From: Amoebidium appalachense
Lineage: Eukaryota > Protista > Ichthyosporea
NCBI GenBank assembly: GCA_963693365.1
Contig: CAVNZM010000011.1
Location: 3,515,098-3,579,097, forward strand
DNA length: 64,000 nucleotides
Reading direction: 5' to 3'
A program made the translations under genes and the position numbers. Shown here piece by piece: positions 1 through 12,062 of this stretch. How positions within the stretch are numbered: the stretch's first letter is position 1; each line of letters begins with the position of its first letter. The notes below the pieces were generated by a model. That model was not told the origin of the DNA, made no database searches, and was given only the letters and a program-made list of their open reading frames with translations.

Positions 1-30
1 GACATTACCGTCCAACACGGTCTCGCCCCC

Positions 31-412
31 TGTTATTTTGTGTGGGTAAACGGAGAAGCAGAGAGCACAGATGGGTGTTATGTAAAACACAACACAAAGA
101 CACACGGGAAAAACACAACCGGAGAGGAGGAACGATTTCTGGAACCATAGGAAGTGAATACGACTGCTTGTGATTTATTTCAAGATGAGGTCCCTTTTAT
201 ACTTGGGAATGTGAAATGATAAACCAATCAAAAGAATGAAAACTATGAGTGTAAAATATATCGAATAAAATGTCTGTCGACATTTAGAATATAAAACTCA
301 ATCCTCTAATGAAAGAAACTTCTAATAAAAGCATGGAAACATTTAATAAAATGAAACCACTTATGTAACTATTAATTCATAACATATATTTATACATGTT
401 CTTATCATAACA
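31..412 (-). mobile_element. Possible LTR-like segment (boundaries uncertain)
   Basis: TGTTAT at 31 and ATAACA at 379-384 or 407-412 give TG...CA ends. On the minus strand TATAAAA (~195-201) is followed ~20 nt later by AATAAA. No partner LTR or TSD is visible. Confidence 0.25.
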
Positions 413-866
413 CGTCTAAATATAATTATTCCTAATAGTTGAAGAACATAGCACAATGCTACGTCGTGGGAAAGAAATGAGAAAGGAATGTAAGTTACTA
501 TATTTGGGAAAATACAAACGAGATATGATTGGATGACATATATAGATTTTGACGCAAACGACAATACGTGTGCGCGAGCTAAGTATGTCGATACGTACAC
601 AGATCTAAGATGTCGTGTACACGGAAACGGAAAAGAAAGAAAGAAATGAAGAAAGGAAAAGGAAACAAACTACAACAACTAATAAATAAATACCAAACTC
701 AACTTCTAAGTCTTGCTGAGAATTAAGTGAAGATGACACCCCCCCCCTCCCCCCCCCTGGTACGACCAATCAAAATCCCATCCCCACCCTCCCCCCGCCC
801 GGTACCACTCAGCCCAAAACCCCCCTCAACCTCCCCCTGCCCATTCTCCCCCTCCCCCCACCTGTC

Positions 867-1244
867 ATGCCCGTACCCCCCTTCAATCCGTCCCTCACCA
901 CCGTTACCAGCACCCAATCCCACACTTTTGGTGCCTCCATGATGTCGAACCCCTCTGCATATTCCCAGGGTTCAAAGAGAGGGGTGTCAGATATTTCTTT
1001 TGGTGTGTACAAACGGCACCGCCAGGAAGAGACGTCATTTGAGACGGCATTAGATGAGGAATTGGAGGACATGATGGCTTTGGGCGAGAAGTTCGAGGGG
1101 AAGAAAGGGAAAGAAAGTGGTCGAGCAAAGAAACCAAAACAGAGTCAGAAACCAGCCCCTGCCCGCAGTGGCAGGACACGAGCAAAGCAAGTTTCAGATA
1201 TACAGGTTATTCACGGGGACAGTGATGAAGACGATGAAGATTAG
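867..1244 (+). CDS. Hypothetical protein, probably a C-terminal fragment; basic patch and acidic tail; possible cargo of the left-hand element
   Basis: 125-aa ORF with protein-like composition (ETALDEELEDMMALGEK...GDSDEDDED*). The 5' end is unclear. Confidence 0.45.
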   Translation: MPVPPFNPSLTTVTSTQSHTFGASMMSNPSAYSQGSKRGVSDISFGVYKRHRQEETSFETALDEELEDMMALGEKFEGKKGKESGRAKKPKQSQKPAPARSGRTRAKQVSDIQVIHGDSDEDDED

Positions 1245-1587
1245 GTTGGGAGTGGTGAGGGGTGTGTTTTGATTTTGTTGTATGTGTCAGGGGCTGGGTA
1301 TGGCCACAGGGGCTGGCTGATGTATTTTAATATATGACTGTTGATACTGGTAGCACCTTATGGTTTCTGTATTTATGTTAACGAGCATCTTATGGATCAT
1401 AGCATGTAGGCATCTTTTTTTTCTGGTTCTGGATGGTTTAGTATCTTGTGGTTATTATATATGTACAAGTCTTCTGGATGGTTTAGTATCTTGTGGTTAT
1501 TATATATGTACAAGTCTTGTTTTGCTGTTTTCAACCGATTAAATATCGATTGTATACAAAGAAGTCCAGGTCCCTTTTGGTACACAC

Positions 1588-1720
1588 TTGCATGCACGTT
1601 CAAAGTCTCCCCCCCCCCCCCCCACACACACACACACACACTCCCTCCCCATGCATGCATGCCCGTGTGGCACACAGTTTGTGTGCTTTCATAAGTCTAT
1701 TGCATGCACGTTCAAAGTCT

Positions 1721-1752
<32 letters not shown>

Positions 1753-1940
1753 CCTCCCCATGCATGCATGCCCGTGTGGCACACAGTTTGTGTGCTTTCA
1801 TAAGTCTATTGCATGCACGTTCAAAGTCTCCCCTCCCCCCCCCACCCCCCCCCTCCCCACACTCCCTCCCCGTGCATGCATGCCCGTGTGGCACACAGTT
1901 TGTGTGCTTTCATAAGTCTATTGCATGCACGTTCAAAGTC

Positions 1941-1991
<51 letters not shown>

Positions 1992-2067
1992 CCTCCCCAT
2001 GCATGCATGCCCGTGTGGCACACAGTTTGTGTGCTTTCATAAGTCTATTGCATGCACGTTCAAAGTC

Positions 2068-2104
<37 letters not shown>

Positions 2105-2188
2105 CCACACTCCCTCCCCGTGCATGCATGCCCGTGTGGCACACAGTTTGTGTGCTTTCATAAGTCTATTGCATGCACGTTCAAAGTC

Positions 2189-2239
<51 letters not shown>

Positions 2240-2443
2240 CCTCCCCATGCATGCATGCCCGTGTGGCACACAGTTTGTGTGCTTTCATAAGTCTATTGCA
2301 TGCACGTTCAAAGTCTCCCCCCCCCCCCCCCCCCCCCCCCCTCCCCCCCCCCCCCCACCCCACACTCCCTCCCCATGCATGCATGCCCGTGTGGCACACA
2401 GTTTGTGTGCTTTCATAAGTCTATTGCATGCACGTTCAAAGTC

Positions 2444-2484
<41 letters not shown>

Positions 2485-2680
2485 ACCCCACACTCCCTCC
2501 CCATGCATGCATGCCCGTGTGGCACACAGTTTGTGTGCTTTCATAAGTCTATTGCATGCACGTTCAAAGTCTCCCCCCCCCCCCCCCCCCCCCCCTCCCC
2601 CCCCCCCCCCCCACCCCACACTGCCTCCCCATGCATGCATGCCCGTGTGGCACACAGTTTGTGTGCTTTCATAAGTCTAT
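1588..2680. repeat. Tandem array, 9 units of ~109-128 bp; constant core with variable poly(C)/(CA)n segment
   Basis: Repeated TTGCATGCACGTTCAAAGTCTC(C)n...CATGCATGCATGCCCGTGTGGCACACAGTTTGTGTGCTTTCATAAGTCTA. Confidence 0.95.
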
Positions 2681-2710
2681 CGATGTATATTGCATGCACG
2701 TTTAAAGTAT

Positions 2711-3059
2711 TTATTTCCCCTCTTTTTGCACACACAGCTTTGCACACACAGCAACTGTCTTTTTATTGTATCCACTTTGGGTATGAAGCGCTGGCGCTGG
2801 GGTTGTCGTATACTCCACTTCGGGGCTTTTGTATGCAGCGCTTATTTCCCCTCTTTTTGCACACACAGCTTTGCACACACAGCAACTGTCTTTTTATTGT
2901 ATCCACTTTGGGTATGAAGCGCTGGCGCTGGGTTTGTCGTATACTCCACTTCGGGGCTTTTGTATGCAGCGCTTATTTCCCCTCTTTTTGCACACACAGC
3001 TTTGCACACACAGCAACTGTCTTTTTATTGTATCCACTTTGGGTATGAAGCGCTGGCGC
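2711..3059. repeat. Tandem repeat, 131-bp unit, ~2.7 copies
   Basis: TTATTTCCCCTCTTTTTGCACACAC... recurs at 2711, 2842 and 2973. Confidence 0.95.
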
Positions 3060-3077
3060 GGTGACACGTCAATCGGA

Positions 3078-3350
3078 TTAAAAGTCCGAGTGACTTGTTT
3101 GTCTCAGAGCGGTGTCGTACTCCGCAGCACCCGTCTTCTTATTGAAATAGTATATGACTGCATACATCAATGGTGTAACCAATAAACATGTGAGGACAAT
3201 AGCAGCGCTGACGTACACCAGATACATTTTGTTCACTTTCTCTCTAGCATTCGGTTCGGACTTCATTAAATTGTACCAGTGTATATTTGCAACGACACTG
3301 CATATAGATATCACATAAAGAATGCCTGTGGTGACCGTGCTGTCGAACAT
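3078..3350 (-). CDS. Small putative two-TM membrane protein (element cargo)
   Basis: MFDSTVTTGILYVISICSVVANIHW...YVSAAIVLTCLLVTPLMYAVIYYF. The copy at 32742 differs by mostly conservative substitutions. The ORF is open to 3575, so the start is uncertain. Confidence 0.5.
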   Translation of the reverse strand: MFDSTVTTGILYVISICSVVANIHWYNLMKSEPNAREKVNKMYLVYVSAAIVLTCLLVTPLMYAVIYYFNKKTGAAEYDTALRQTSHSDF

Positions 3351-4767
3351 GTACGTGTACCTCACAAAACTTTCAGTATCCGACGTGTTACACCCCAAAA
3401 GTGACCTCTCTGAGATCTTGCCTGTGGTACAAACTCTTGATGCCGTGTTGGCAATGCTCTTGTGTTTTACCAGTACCCCTCTACTCCAGATGCCGAATTT
3501 AGATTGGAATTCGTGAATACACCCATGTGATTGGTCAGTGGTTTGGCACCAAGAGATTGATTGATATGCCATCAACCAGTCAACAAAAAGTACTCGCTTT
3601 TACTTTTTGTCTCACTTCACCCCAATCCAAGAACAGTGCACACCAAAACAAAACACTATAAATGGGAGACGCACTTTTGCGCCCCGATTCGGTTGACCCC
3701 GAACGATGCCCTGCATTTGCACCCTCAAAAAAAGCCCAGTGCAAAAACAAAAAGAAAACATGCCCACACCACAAGGACGGCTTCAAGCCCTGGGTATGCT
3801 TTGCCCCTGCCACCGGTGTCCTCCTCTACAGCGACAACACCATCAACATCCTCCACCCCCACAAGGCCGGGGACTATGCTCATGCAAACCTCCTGCTGGA
3901 CGACCTCCTGGCCGCCTTTACAGTCGCAGAAATGCAGCGCCCTCGCACCGAGCGCACCGGGGTACCCGCGCTGACTGTGTCCACTCCGGATCCACCCATG
4001 GGTGCACCACAGCCACCGGTTGCAGCTGCAGCGGTGGGTGTGGGCAGGGAAAATGGGTACTGCCAGGGCAAAACCAAGGCTGGCAATCCCTGCAAAAACA
4101 GGGTGAAATCTACGACCCATTGCCATAAGCACAAGCCCAAATAAAAAAACCACCCACACAGCCGCATGGTGCCAACATACACTATCCTCCCCGTGAGTGG
4201 CATGCCAGTCTCCCCTGCTCCCCTGCCCCCCTGCTCCCCTGCTCCCCAGCCCCCCTGCCCCCCTGCTCCCCTGCCCATATGCACCCACACACTGAGTGGC
4301 TCCCCTGCTCCCCTGCCTCCCGGAACCAGGCCCGGCGCAGGGCCAGTGAGTGCTCACGTGCCCCCCCCTGCTCCCCTGCTCCCCTGCCTCCCGGAACCAG
4401 GCCCGGCGCAGGGCCAGTGAGTGCTCACGTGCCTCCCCTGCCTCCCGGAACCACGCCCCGGCGCAGGGCCAGTGAGTGCTCACGTGCCTCCCCTGCCTCC
4501 CGGAACCACGCCCCGGCGCAGTGGCAGCTATTTTTAGATATAGAGATTCCATGGCCACATGGCCAGATGGCCAGATCATTTTGCTCACCGTTTTATCCCG
4601 TTTTATCCACCTTTTTCCACACACTGAATTTGACCTGGCCATCTGGCCATCTGGGTAGAGACCGTTTTCTGTTCTGATATTGGAGAACTGTCTGATAGTG
4701 ATAGCAAATGTCATTCGAAGAACAATCGGGAAACCCCGTGGTGTGACAACCAATCAGAATGAAGCAA
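3125..4767. mobile_element. Terminal portion of a diverged relative of the 31248-42596 element, inverted; probably extends further left
   Basis: 3125-4160 is reverse-complement homologous to ~31865-32973. Subterminal repeats share CCGGAACCAC/GG, GGCCACATGGCCAGA and TTTATCCACC motifs. It ends in GCAA-TA-palindrome. Confidence 0.8.
3662..4144 (+). CDS. 160-aa protein with two CCCH-type motifs (C-x-G-x-T-K-x-G-x2-C-K-N-x7-C-x2-H, resembling DUF5763)
   Basis: CPAFAPSKKAQCKNKKKTCPHH and CQGKTKAGNPCKNRVKSTTHCHKH. An intact near-identical paralog lies at 31881-32363. Confidence 0.8.
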   Translation: MGDALLRPDSVDPERCPAFAPSKKAQCKNKKKTCPHHKDGFKPWVCFAPATGVLLYSDNTINILHPHKAGDYAHANLLLDDLLAAFTVAEMQRPRTERTGVPALTVSTPDPPMGAPQPPVAAAAVGVGRENGYCQGKTKAGNPCKNRVKSTTHCHKHKPK

Positions 4768-4769
4768 TA

Positions 4770-5130
4770 TTGGGATATTCGGGTTGGTTGTAAGGTTTTC
4801 CGGGTCGGGCCGAAGGCCCTAACGGGCCGCAGGCCCGTCTATTGGGCCATAGGCCCTAGGCCGCTAGGCCTGGGGCCCGGGGACCCGGGGACCCGGGGGC
4901 CCGGCCCGGCCCGCGAGCCACCACCCCGGCCCGGCCCGGGGTTAGCAGACTCTGCTAACCCCGGGCCGGGCCGGGGTGGTGGCTCGCGGGCCGGGCCGGG
5001 CCCCCGGGTCCCCGGGTCCCCGGGCCCCAGGCCTAGCGGCCTAGGGCCTATGGCCCAATAGACGGGCCTGCGGCCCGTTAGGGCCTTCGGCCCGACCCGG
5101 AAAACCTTACAACCAACCCGAATATCCCAA
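4770..5130. repeat. Perfect 361-bp GC-rich palindrome (180-bp arms, 1-nt centre at 4950)
   Basis: TTGGGATATTCGGGTTGG...GGGGTTAGCAGA-C-TCTGCTAACCCC...CCAACCCGAATATCCCAA. Confidence 0.97.
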
Positions 5131-5966
5131 CTAACTGGCGATTGGTGGATCTATGTTTGTTGTAGTTCCTGCTCTAAAGAAAGGAAAGACACTGTGAACA
5201 GTATGTTTCAGTGGTCTGTCGAGACTTGCCAGACTGACCTTCCGAGGTCTGTCTACCGTGTTTTATTTGCAGGTGGATAGACATCAAGATATCAGCGTGG
5301 ATGGATATTCACCAATGTGAATATCGGTTTCGCTTATCGGCGAGTAGTCGACGAGTGCTCATCAGCACACTGCCAACTTCCTGGAGTAGCCGCTGCATTC
5401 CCAGGATTACCAATTTTCGGTTCCCGGTAATGACGTCATAGCTCAGGGCTACCCTATCATCGACCAGTATCATGCGGGCACCGGGTGGTTGGGGATAAGA
5501 GAACAAGAGAGAATTCGAGAAGAAGACAAATGCGGAGGGGAAGGGTGGTTGAGTGGTCGGCTGGGTGCAGTGGGGGAAGTTGAAAATGGTTATGTGTGCA
5601 CCCCAGCACCTTATTTTGAAGGGTTCTGATCACGAATGTGGACACAAGGCACGCATGTTTCTATCAACTATTAGGGCCTTGTGTACGTATGTGTGTGTGT
5701 GATGGCGGTGGTGGTCAGAAGGGTGATGGTGGACGTGGGCGCTGGGCACCGTGGCTGGCATGGCTTGTATGTAGTTGAGTGCGTGCTCTAGGCCTGTGTG
5801 TGTAAGTGTGTGTATATGCACACACACCCGCGTTTTCGTGTATGGATGTGTGTGTGTTTGACGTGTATATGCGGGCTAGAAGATGCAGAACTATACCACG
5901 ATGCAAGAGGTCTCTCTCTCTCTCTTGTGCGGGCTAGAAGATGCAGAACTTATACCACGATGCAAG

Positions 5967-6042
<76 letters not shown>

Positions 6043-6951
6043 TTTTGTTGTTGTTGTGGGGGTGTGTATGTGTGGGGGAGAGGGGGGGGGGGGGGGGGGG
6101 GGGGGATGTTTTCCGGAGTTGGTGCACATGTAGAGGTTTCTTGGCGGAAAGTGCACTGCACATAAGCAAAATAAAAACAGAGAGAACATGAAGTGTACAG
6201 CTCGTTTTCGGTGGTTGTGTGTGTGTATGTTTGGGGGAGGGGGGGGGAAGAATATAATGCAGGTGATTCAGCCCAACCAGAGACAGCTCTGCAAACCACC
6301 TATCTACTCTCTTGCGTCAAGCCTTCGATTGAAATTAGAAAAACAGACCGGAAGCACGAATACGTTGGATTAATTCTATTTCCGTCCTGTTTTTTACGCA
6401 CAGCGTAAGCAGGTTTTCACAGCGTAAGCAGGTTTTCTCTTGCACAAGCAGGTTTGTTTGCATGTGCTCATCTCTGACCGTTCTGGTACACGGTAAACAT
6501 AACAAAGGCAAGTTTGTCAATATTCGGTGCTACGTGTGGTTACCAATAGCATACAAGACGTGCGGCGAGATAAAGACTTTCTGTGTGTACAACGTTGACG
6601 AGAACACAATAAAGAACTCAAACACAAGATAGTTTTTTACACGTGTGCGGGTGTGAGCGTGATGATCTATTTCTCTACTAGAGTACCGGCACATTCTGTC
6701 AATACACGAAACATAGTTTGGCCCTCAAATAAATGAAAGAACAAGTCATGCAGCCTCTCACCCAGTCAAAAAACCTACTACTAGTTCGCCGGGTAGAGAT
6801 TTGACTCTATTCCGCAGTCTCCTAAACCTGAAGCCTAACCCGCTACCCCCAATCATCGTTTCGTTTTATATATACCCGAACAGAAGTCCAAGAGCTTGCA
6901 TATATGGAATACATAAAATCCACACAGTTAACAAACTTACAGTTTTGACGC

Positions 6952-7971
6952 TTACTTCATGGGTCTGTCGTCCACGTCTCTATCCTCCATGGCAGACATG
7001 GGAAGAACCGGTTTCTGTGGTGGGTCAGGCTTACCGTAGAGGTACACCGCACCCATAACAAGACCGGCACCGAAAATGAACAGCAAAGAGACCTGGAAAC
7101 CCATGAACAATACGGAAAGAATGGTTGATAGAACGATAGCGACGGATGTTGCGAATGCCTTGAGGATGTTATCGGCATACTTGACCACCACAGCGGTGAT
7201 AAGACCACCAAGGGAATTAATGGCGACAACAACCCAGACGATGGAATAATATCCAAAGAAGAACCCCTTTTCGGAAACAGCCGCGCCGTCGTTCCACCAG
7301 ACAGCCACGAGACCGAGACCTCCACCGAAAAGTGCCAGTTGGACGTTGCGAACCCAAACCGATGTTGTGCTTCCTTTTAGGATCTTTTCAAAGTATACTC
7401 CGGCAAAACCAGAGGTCATGCAAGCGGAAAGAACAGCAAAAAGCCCAACCCACGAGTTTCCTTGCGTATGACCCCCCTTGCTGTCAGCGGCGATCTGAAC
7501 CAAGCCGACACCTGCCATAAGCACGACGAGCGAGAGCCACTTGAGATTCGTCAACTTCTTGTTCAACATCAGCACACTGAATACGGCAGTAGTAAAGATC
7601 TTCAGCTGGTAGGTGATTTGGAACGTTGCTGCATCAAGATTGCTTGCAGCGACGAATTGTAGGTTGTTCTGAACCATATAAAGACCAGCGGGAACAGCCA
7701 GTTTCATCGTTTCACCTGGTTTGTCTATGATCTCTTCTTTCAGTTGTCTAATCACGCGACGGCTGTCGTGGTTGTTCTCGAACATGAGCAAGACAAAGCA
7801 TGTAAGCAGTTTCAGCAGCTCACCCATCACTACCGCTGTGCTGGCTATGTACATGTCCCCCCCAGCTGTGCGTGAGTAACGCATAACAAGTGCCTGTGCT
7901 GTGTTTTGGAGCACTAGAGTGATAAGGGAGATGTACTTGATATCAAGCCCACAGATGCGTAGGTGTTCCAT
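6952..7971 (-). CDS. SLC35A2: Golgi nucleotide-sugar (UDP-Gal/UDP-GlcNAc) transporter, SLC35A family; intronless
   Basis: 339-aa multi-TM protein with family motifs LAVPAGLYMVQNNL, YQLKIFTTAVFSV, SGFAGVYFEKILK, VVKYADNILKAFA. A2 versus A3 orthology is not resolved. Confidence 0.93.
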   Translation of the reverse strand: MEHLRICGLDIKYISLITLVLQNTAQALVMRYSRTAGGDMYIASTAVVMGELLKLLTCFVLLMFENNHDSRRVIRQLKEEIIDKPGETMKLAVPAGLYMVQNNLQFVAASNLDAATFQITYQLKIFTTAVFSVLMLNKKLTNLKWLSLVVLMAGVGLVQIAADSKGGHTQGNSWVGLFAVLSACMTSGFAGVYFEKILKGSTTSVWVRNVQLALFGGGLGLVAVWWNDGAAVSEKGFFFGYYSIVWVVVAINSLGGLITAVVVKYADNILKAFATSVAIVLSTILSVLFMGFQVSLLFIFGAGLVMGAVYLYGKPDPPQKPVLPMSAMEDRDVDDRPMK

Positions 7972-8140
7972 GTTGCCGTATGTTTTACCGCCCTAAGGGC
8001 TGAATGTGTAAGTGTTTGGTATAAATGAATCCTCCTTTAGTGCTACAACATCGTCTCTGCTGACCTACCAGGCTTGAAGGGAACTGGCGGGCGCAGGCGC
8101 GGTGTGGACTCCGAGAGTGGTAACCGAAAACAAGGAGGGG

Positions 8141-8183
<43 letters not shown>

Positions 8184-8871
8184 TGCTGCCGGCATAACTT
8201 AGATGCTTACACTGTGATATAATTAGCTGAAAGAATCTAAGTAACCATATTTAGTTACAAAAGTCATAGCAATGTTCCAATAATATGGACCAAATGTCAC
8301 AATTTATTGGGTAAATGTCATGGCTAACAACGAGCGATCTATGTTTTGTTTTATGCCTCCAATCATTTGGCTCGCTGCAAGATTTGTCCATCTCACTGGT
8401 ATGTGTGCAGGACGCACACAGTTGGACGAGAAGTTTTGTAGAGACAGGCTCATGCACGTGTTTACCTGTACGTGTTTGAATGTGTGCACGCGGCACACGC
8501 CAAGCAAGACATTACCACGCATATGTATTCGGTGTGTTCTTCTGTATTGGCGGTGTTCCCTTCTGCCTTTTACTTCCCTGCTGGCGTTATGAACAAGGTT
8601 TCACTACGCGTACTGAGGATCACTCGTTCACACTTCAACAGCTGTTAAGACACGGACTTTTCCGGTAGGCTAGGCCCAAGTTCAACTTCACTGAGAACAT
8701 CAACCACTTCTCGGTGGGTGATTTCATGCCCACGAAGATCAATCACTGTAACATGTATAGGAAAAACGCAAATGTATAGAGTGCTATGATATAAGGCCAA
8801 ATCTGGCTAGGCATCTGCCACCTGAATAGTTACCCTTCTTCGATGCCTCAGGCTACAAACCACACGATGCC

Positions 8872-11262
8872 ATGAAGCACGCATATTACATATCCTCTCT
8901 CACCATTCCCATCCTCTTTCCATCACCAATCAGTGCGCTATACAACGGTGTTCTGTTGGAGGAGGCGACAACATGGAGCAATCACCTAGCAGATGCCTCC
9001 TGGTTTGCAGGGATCATGGTCCCCCAACCATGGTCGGTGGGATATTTTACCGCCCATGCACACGAGGAAATCCCTGGCGTCCGCACTGCGGAGAGAGTGC
9101 TATCTCATGTTTTTCACAATGATACAATGACGCATAACTGTGGCGCAGTAATCATCAGTGATGAATGGTTGTTATCTGCGGCCCATTGTTTTGCTGAGAG
9201 GGGGATTAGGGATCACGACAGGTACAGTCCTATGCAGGCGTACATAGGGAGTGGGACGGACATGGGCAGCTTGGAAAGAAAGAACATTGTGGAGGTGGTG
9301 TGCCCCAATGGACTGCTGAACCTAGGGGGAGGCGAGCACTCTCGTGTGGTATGTTTAGGCTAGGCTTCTCTGGTTCCAGACGATCTTCCCCCCCCCCCCC
9401 CCCCCCCCCGGCCTCCCCCCTTCCCTCCACACATTTCCAATCCCCCCTGCGGTCAGCCTCCTCTTCCCGCTCCACCATACCCCCTCCTTCCCCACCTAAC
9501 AATCACCGCCCCACAAGCACAAAAATGTAGGCTGCTGCATCCCTCACCTCCCTCCCTCCCTCCCTCCCTCCCTCCCTCCCTCGCTCCCTCCCTCCCTCCC
9601 TCCCTCCCCCCTCCCCCCCCCCCCCCTCCCCCCCCCCCCCCCAAAAAAAAAAAATAAAAAAAAAATTGCATGTGCGCAATCGGACGCTCTCAGTCCTCCG
9701 CTAACTCTTTCGTTGTCATTCCCACTTGTATCCTGTTTTTTTAATCTTGCTGGTCAGCTATAACCAGATTAACTAAGGATTTGAGTCCTTTGTTCGGATT
9801 GCAGATTGTTAACTCAATACTCTTGTTAACATGTCCCCCCCCCCCCCCCCCCTCCCCCCCCCCCACCGTCCCCCCCCCCCCCTTCCCCCACCTTCCCGGT
9901 TCCCCTCTCTCGTCCGCACCCCCCTTCCCCCCTCCCCCCCCCCAACCGACCGCGTCATTGCCTGCCCACCTGTCCTGCCCGTGTCCATACACAGAAAAAC
10001 ATAAAGAACTAGCGGCATGAACAGATAAAAGGGCAGCTGGGGGTTGGATGATGGGGCAGTTAGGAACAGACATAAAACACAGCCAACGTTTTAGTAGTCG
10101 TTTCAATGGAGTAGGAAATCTGATATTGCAGACACCACTTTATTCTCCCCCCCCCCCCCCCCCCCCCCCCTCCCCCCTCCCCAGCTTCCCCTCTCCCCCC
10201 CTCCTTCGTGCCTCTGCACTTTGTTTTTCGTTGTCTATCTCTACACTTTGTACTTCGTGATACAGTTATCCCCCCCCCCCCCCCCCCCCCCCTTCCCCGT
10301 CCCCTCTCCCCCCGGTTCTGGCTTTCTTGCTTTCTATCCATGCTTTTTCCTTCATTTACATCTGTCTCCCGTGCTCTTATTCAGCCTCTACTCCAAACCC
10401 TACTCTTCTTTTCCCATCCTTGTTACTTCCCTTTTCCTTTGCTCTCCTGACCAGAAGCCCCCCCCCCCCCCCCCCCCCCCCCCTCCACACACACACACAC
10501 ACACATTCCCAGCCCCTCTACATATCTGTTGGCTACTTCTCCACATATTTGTTTTGTTCACTAGCTGTCGAGGGTGTGCTTTGTTTTGTTCCGATTGCAA
10601 GGGCCTGCCCGTTTTTGATTTCCCCTCTCTCTCTGTTTCCATTCCTTCCTGACTCTAACCTTTCTTCCCTCCCTCCATCCCTCCCTCTGTCGGCTTCTTT
10701 CTCTTACTTCCACGTATGTCTTGATCTCTCTTGTCCCCCCCTCCCCCTCCCCCCCCCCCCCCCCCCCCCTCCCCCCCGCCTTGGAACTCTTAGGTCGAGG
10801 AGTGATTATCCTCACCGAAAGCAAAACTTCTAAATTCCACAAAAACATGAATTCATTTTCTCACCAAAAAACACGTATTTCAGGAAATGCTCAGCAACGA
10901 CATCTGCCTTGCACGTCTGCAATCGCCCACCAGCCACCGACCAATTGCAATCAACCAAGACGAGTCACGTGAGAGGGTGGGGAGTGAGGCCATGCTTGTA
11001 GGCAAGGGTTACACGTTCAACTTTAGGGAGGATGATGAGGCGTATCATCCTTTAAGGGTGGGGAGGTGGGACATCACTGATTGCAGGTGGGTGTGGGTTA
11101 AAGAAAGGGTAAAGAAAGAGTAGGGATTATGGAGTGCATGTGTTGGTGATGGAATGGGTATGGGTGGAGTGTGTGTGTGTGTGCGTGTGTGTGTGTTTGT
11201 GTATGTGGGGGGGGTATGGGTTGGTATGTGTATGGGTGGTGTATGTGTTTTTTTTTTTTTTT

Positions 11263-11293
<31 letters not shown>

Positions 11294-11518
11294 GGGGGGA
11301 GGGGGGAGGGGGGGAGGGGAGGGGGGAGGAGGAAGGGAGGGGGAGGGGTGTATGTGGTTGTGTGTAAGTGGGGTTGGTGTATGGGATTGTGTGTATATAT
11401 GTTTTTATTTGGGGGGGGGGGGGGGGGGAGAGGGAGGATGTAGACGGAGGAGGGCTGGGGATGTTTGTTTTGGGGTGGGAAGTTGTCTACCTTTGTTCAT
11501 CCCCTCCTTCCTCCCCCT

Positions 11519-11568
<50 letters not shown>

Positions 11569-11990
11569 ACCCTCCCCCTGCACCTATAAAGATAGCATGT
11601 TTTGCTTTACTGTATTGCATAATTGTTGCTGGGTAGCTGTTTTTGGAAAACGTTATGCTTCCCCCCCCCCCCCCCCCCCCCCCCCCCAACAACAACAACA
11701 ACAAAACCAAAAAAAAAGAGAGAGAGAGAGAGAGAGTGTGTGTGTGTGTGTGTGAGTGCACCGCAACTGCCACCGCATCGTGCTCGAGGTGAATGGATTG
11801 CAACTTGTGTACTCTGGATACCTGTGGGAATACATAACGGACCTGTTTATGTTGGCACACACTCTCTGTTCTTTTTTGCATATCTACATTACACTATCCT
11901 TTGTGTATTGGCCCGTCGACTATTAACACATCCCCCCCCCAACCCCCACCACCATCACCACCACCACGACGTTAACACACACACACCCAC

Positions 11991-12062
<72 letters not shown>

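Noticed and set aside
1588-2680. Repeat-spacer-like array and its many overlapping ORFs
   Set aside because: The variable parts are only poly(C)/(CA)n length variants; the ORFs are repeat translations.
4759-5061. 100-aa ORF across the palindrome
   Set aside because: By-product of a stop-poor GC-rich palindrome.
5309-5506. Short minus-strand ORF beside the palindrome
   Set aside because: No recognisable homology or gene structure.
5871-5985. Short two-copy direct repeats (also 1426-1517, 32523-32685, 38034-38148, 38197-38262)
   Set aside because: Ordinary local slippage duplications with no further structure.
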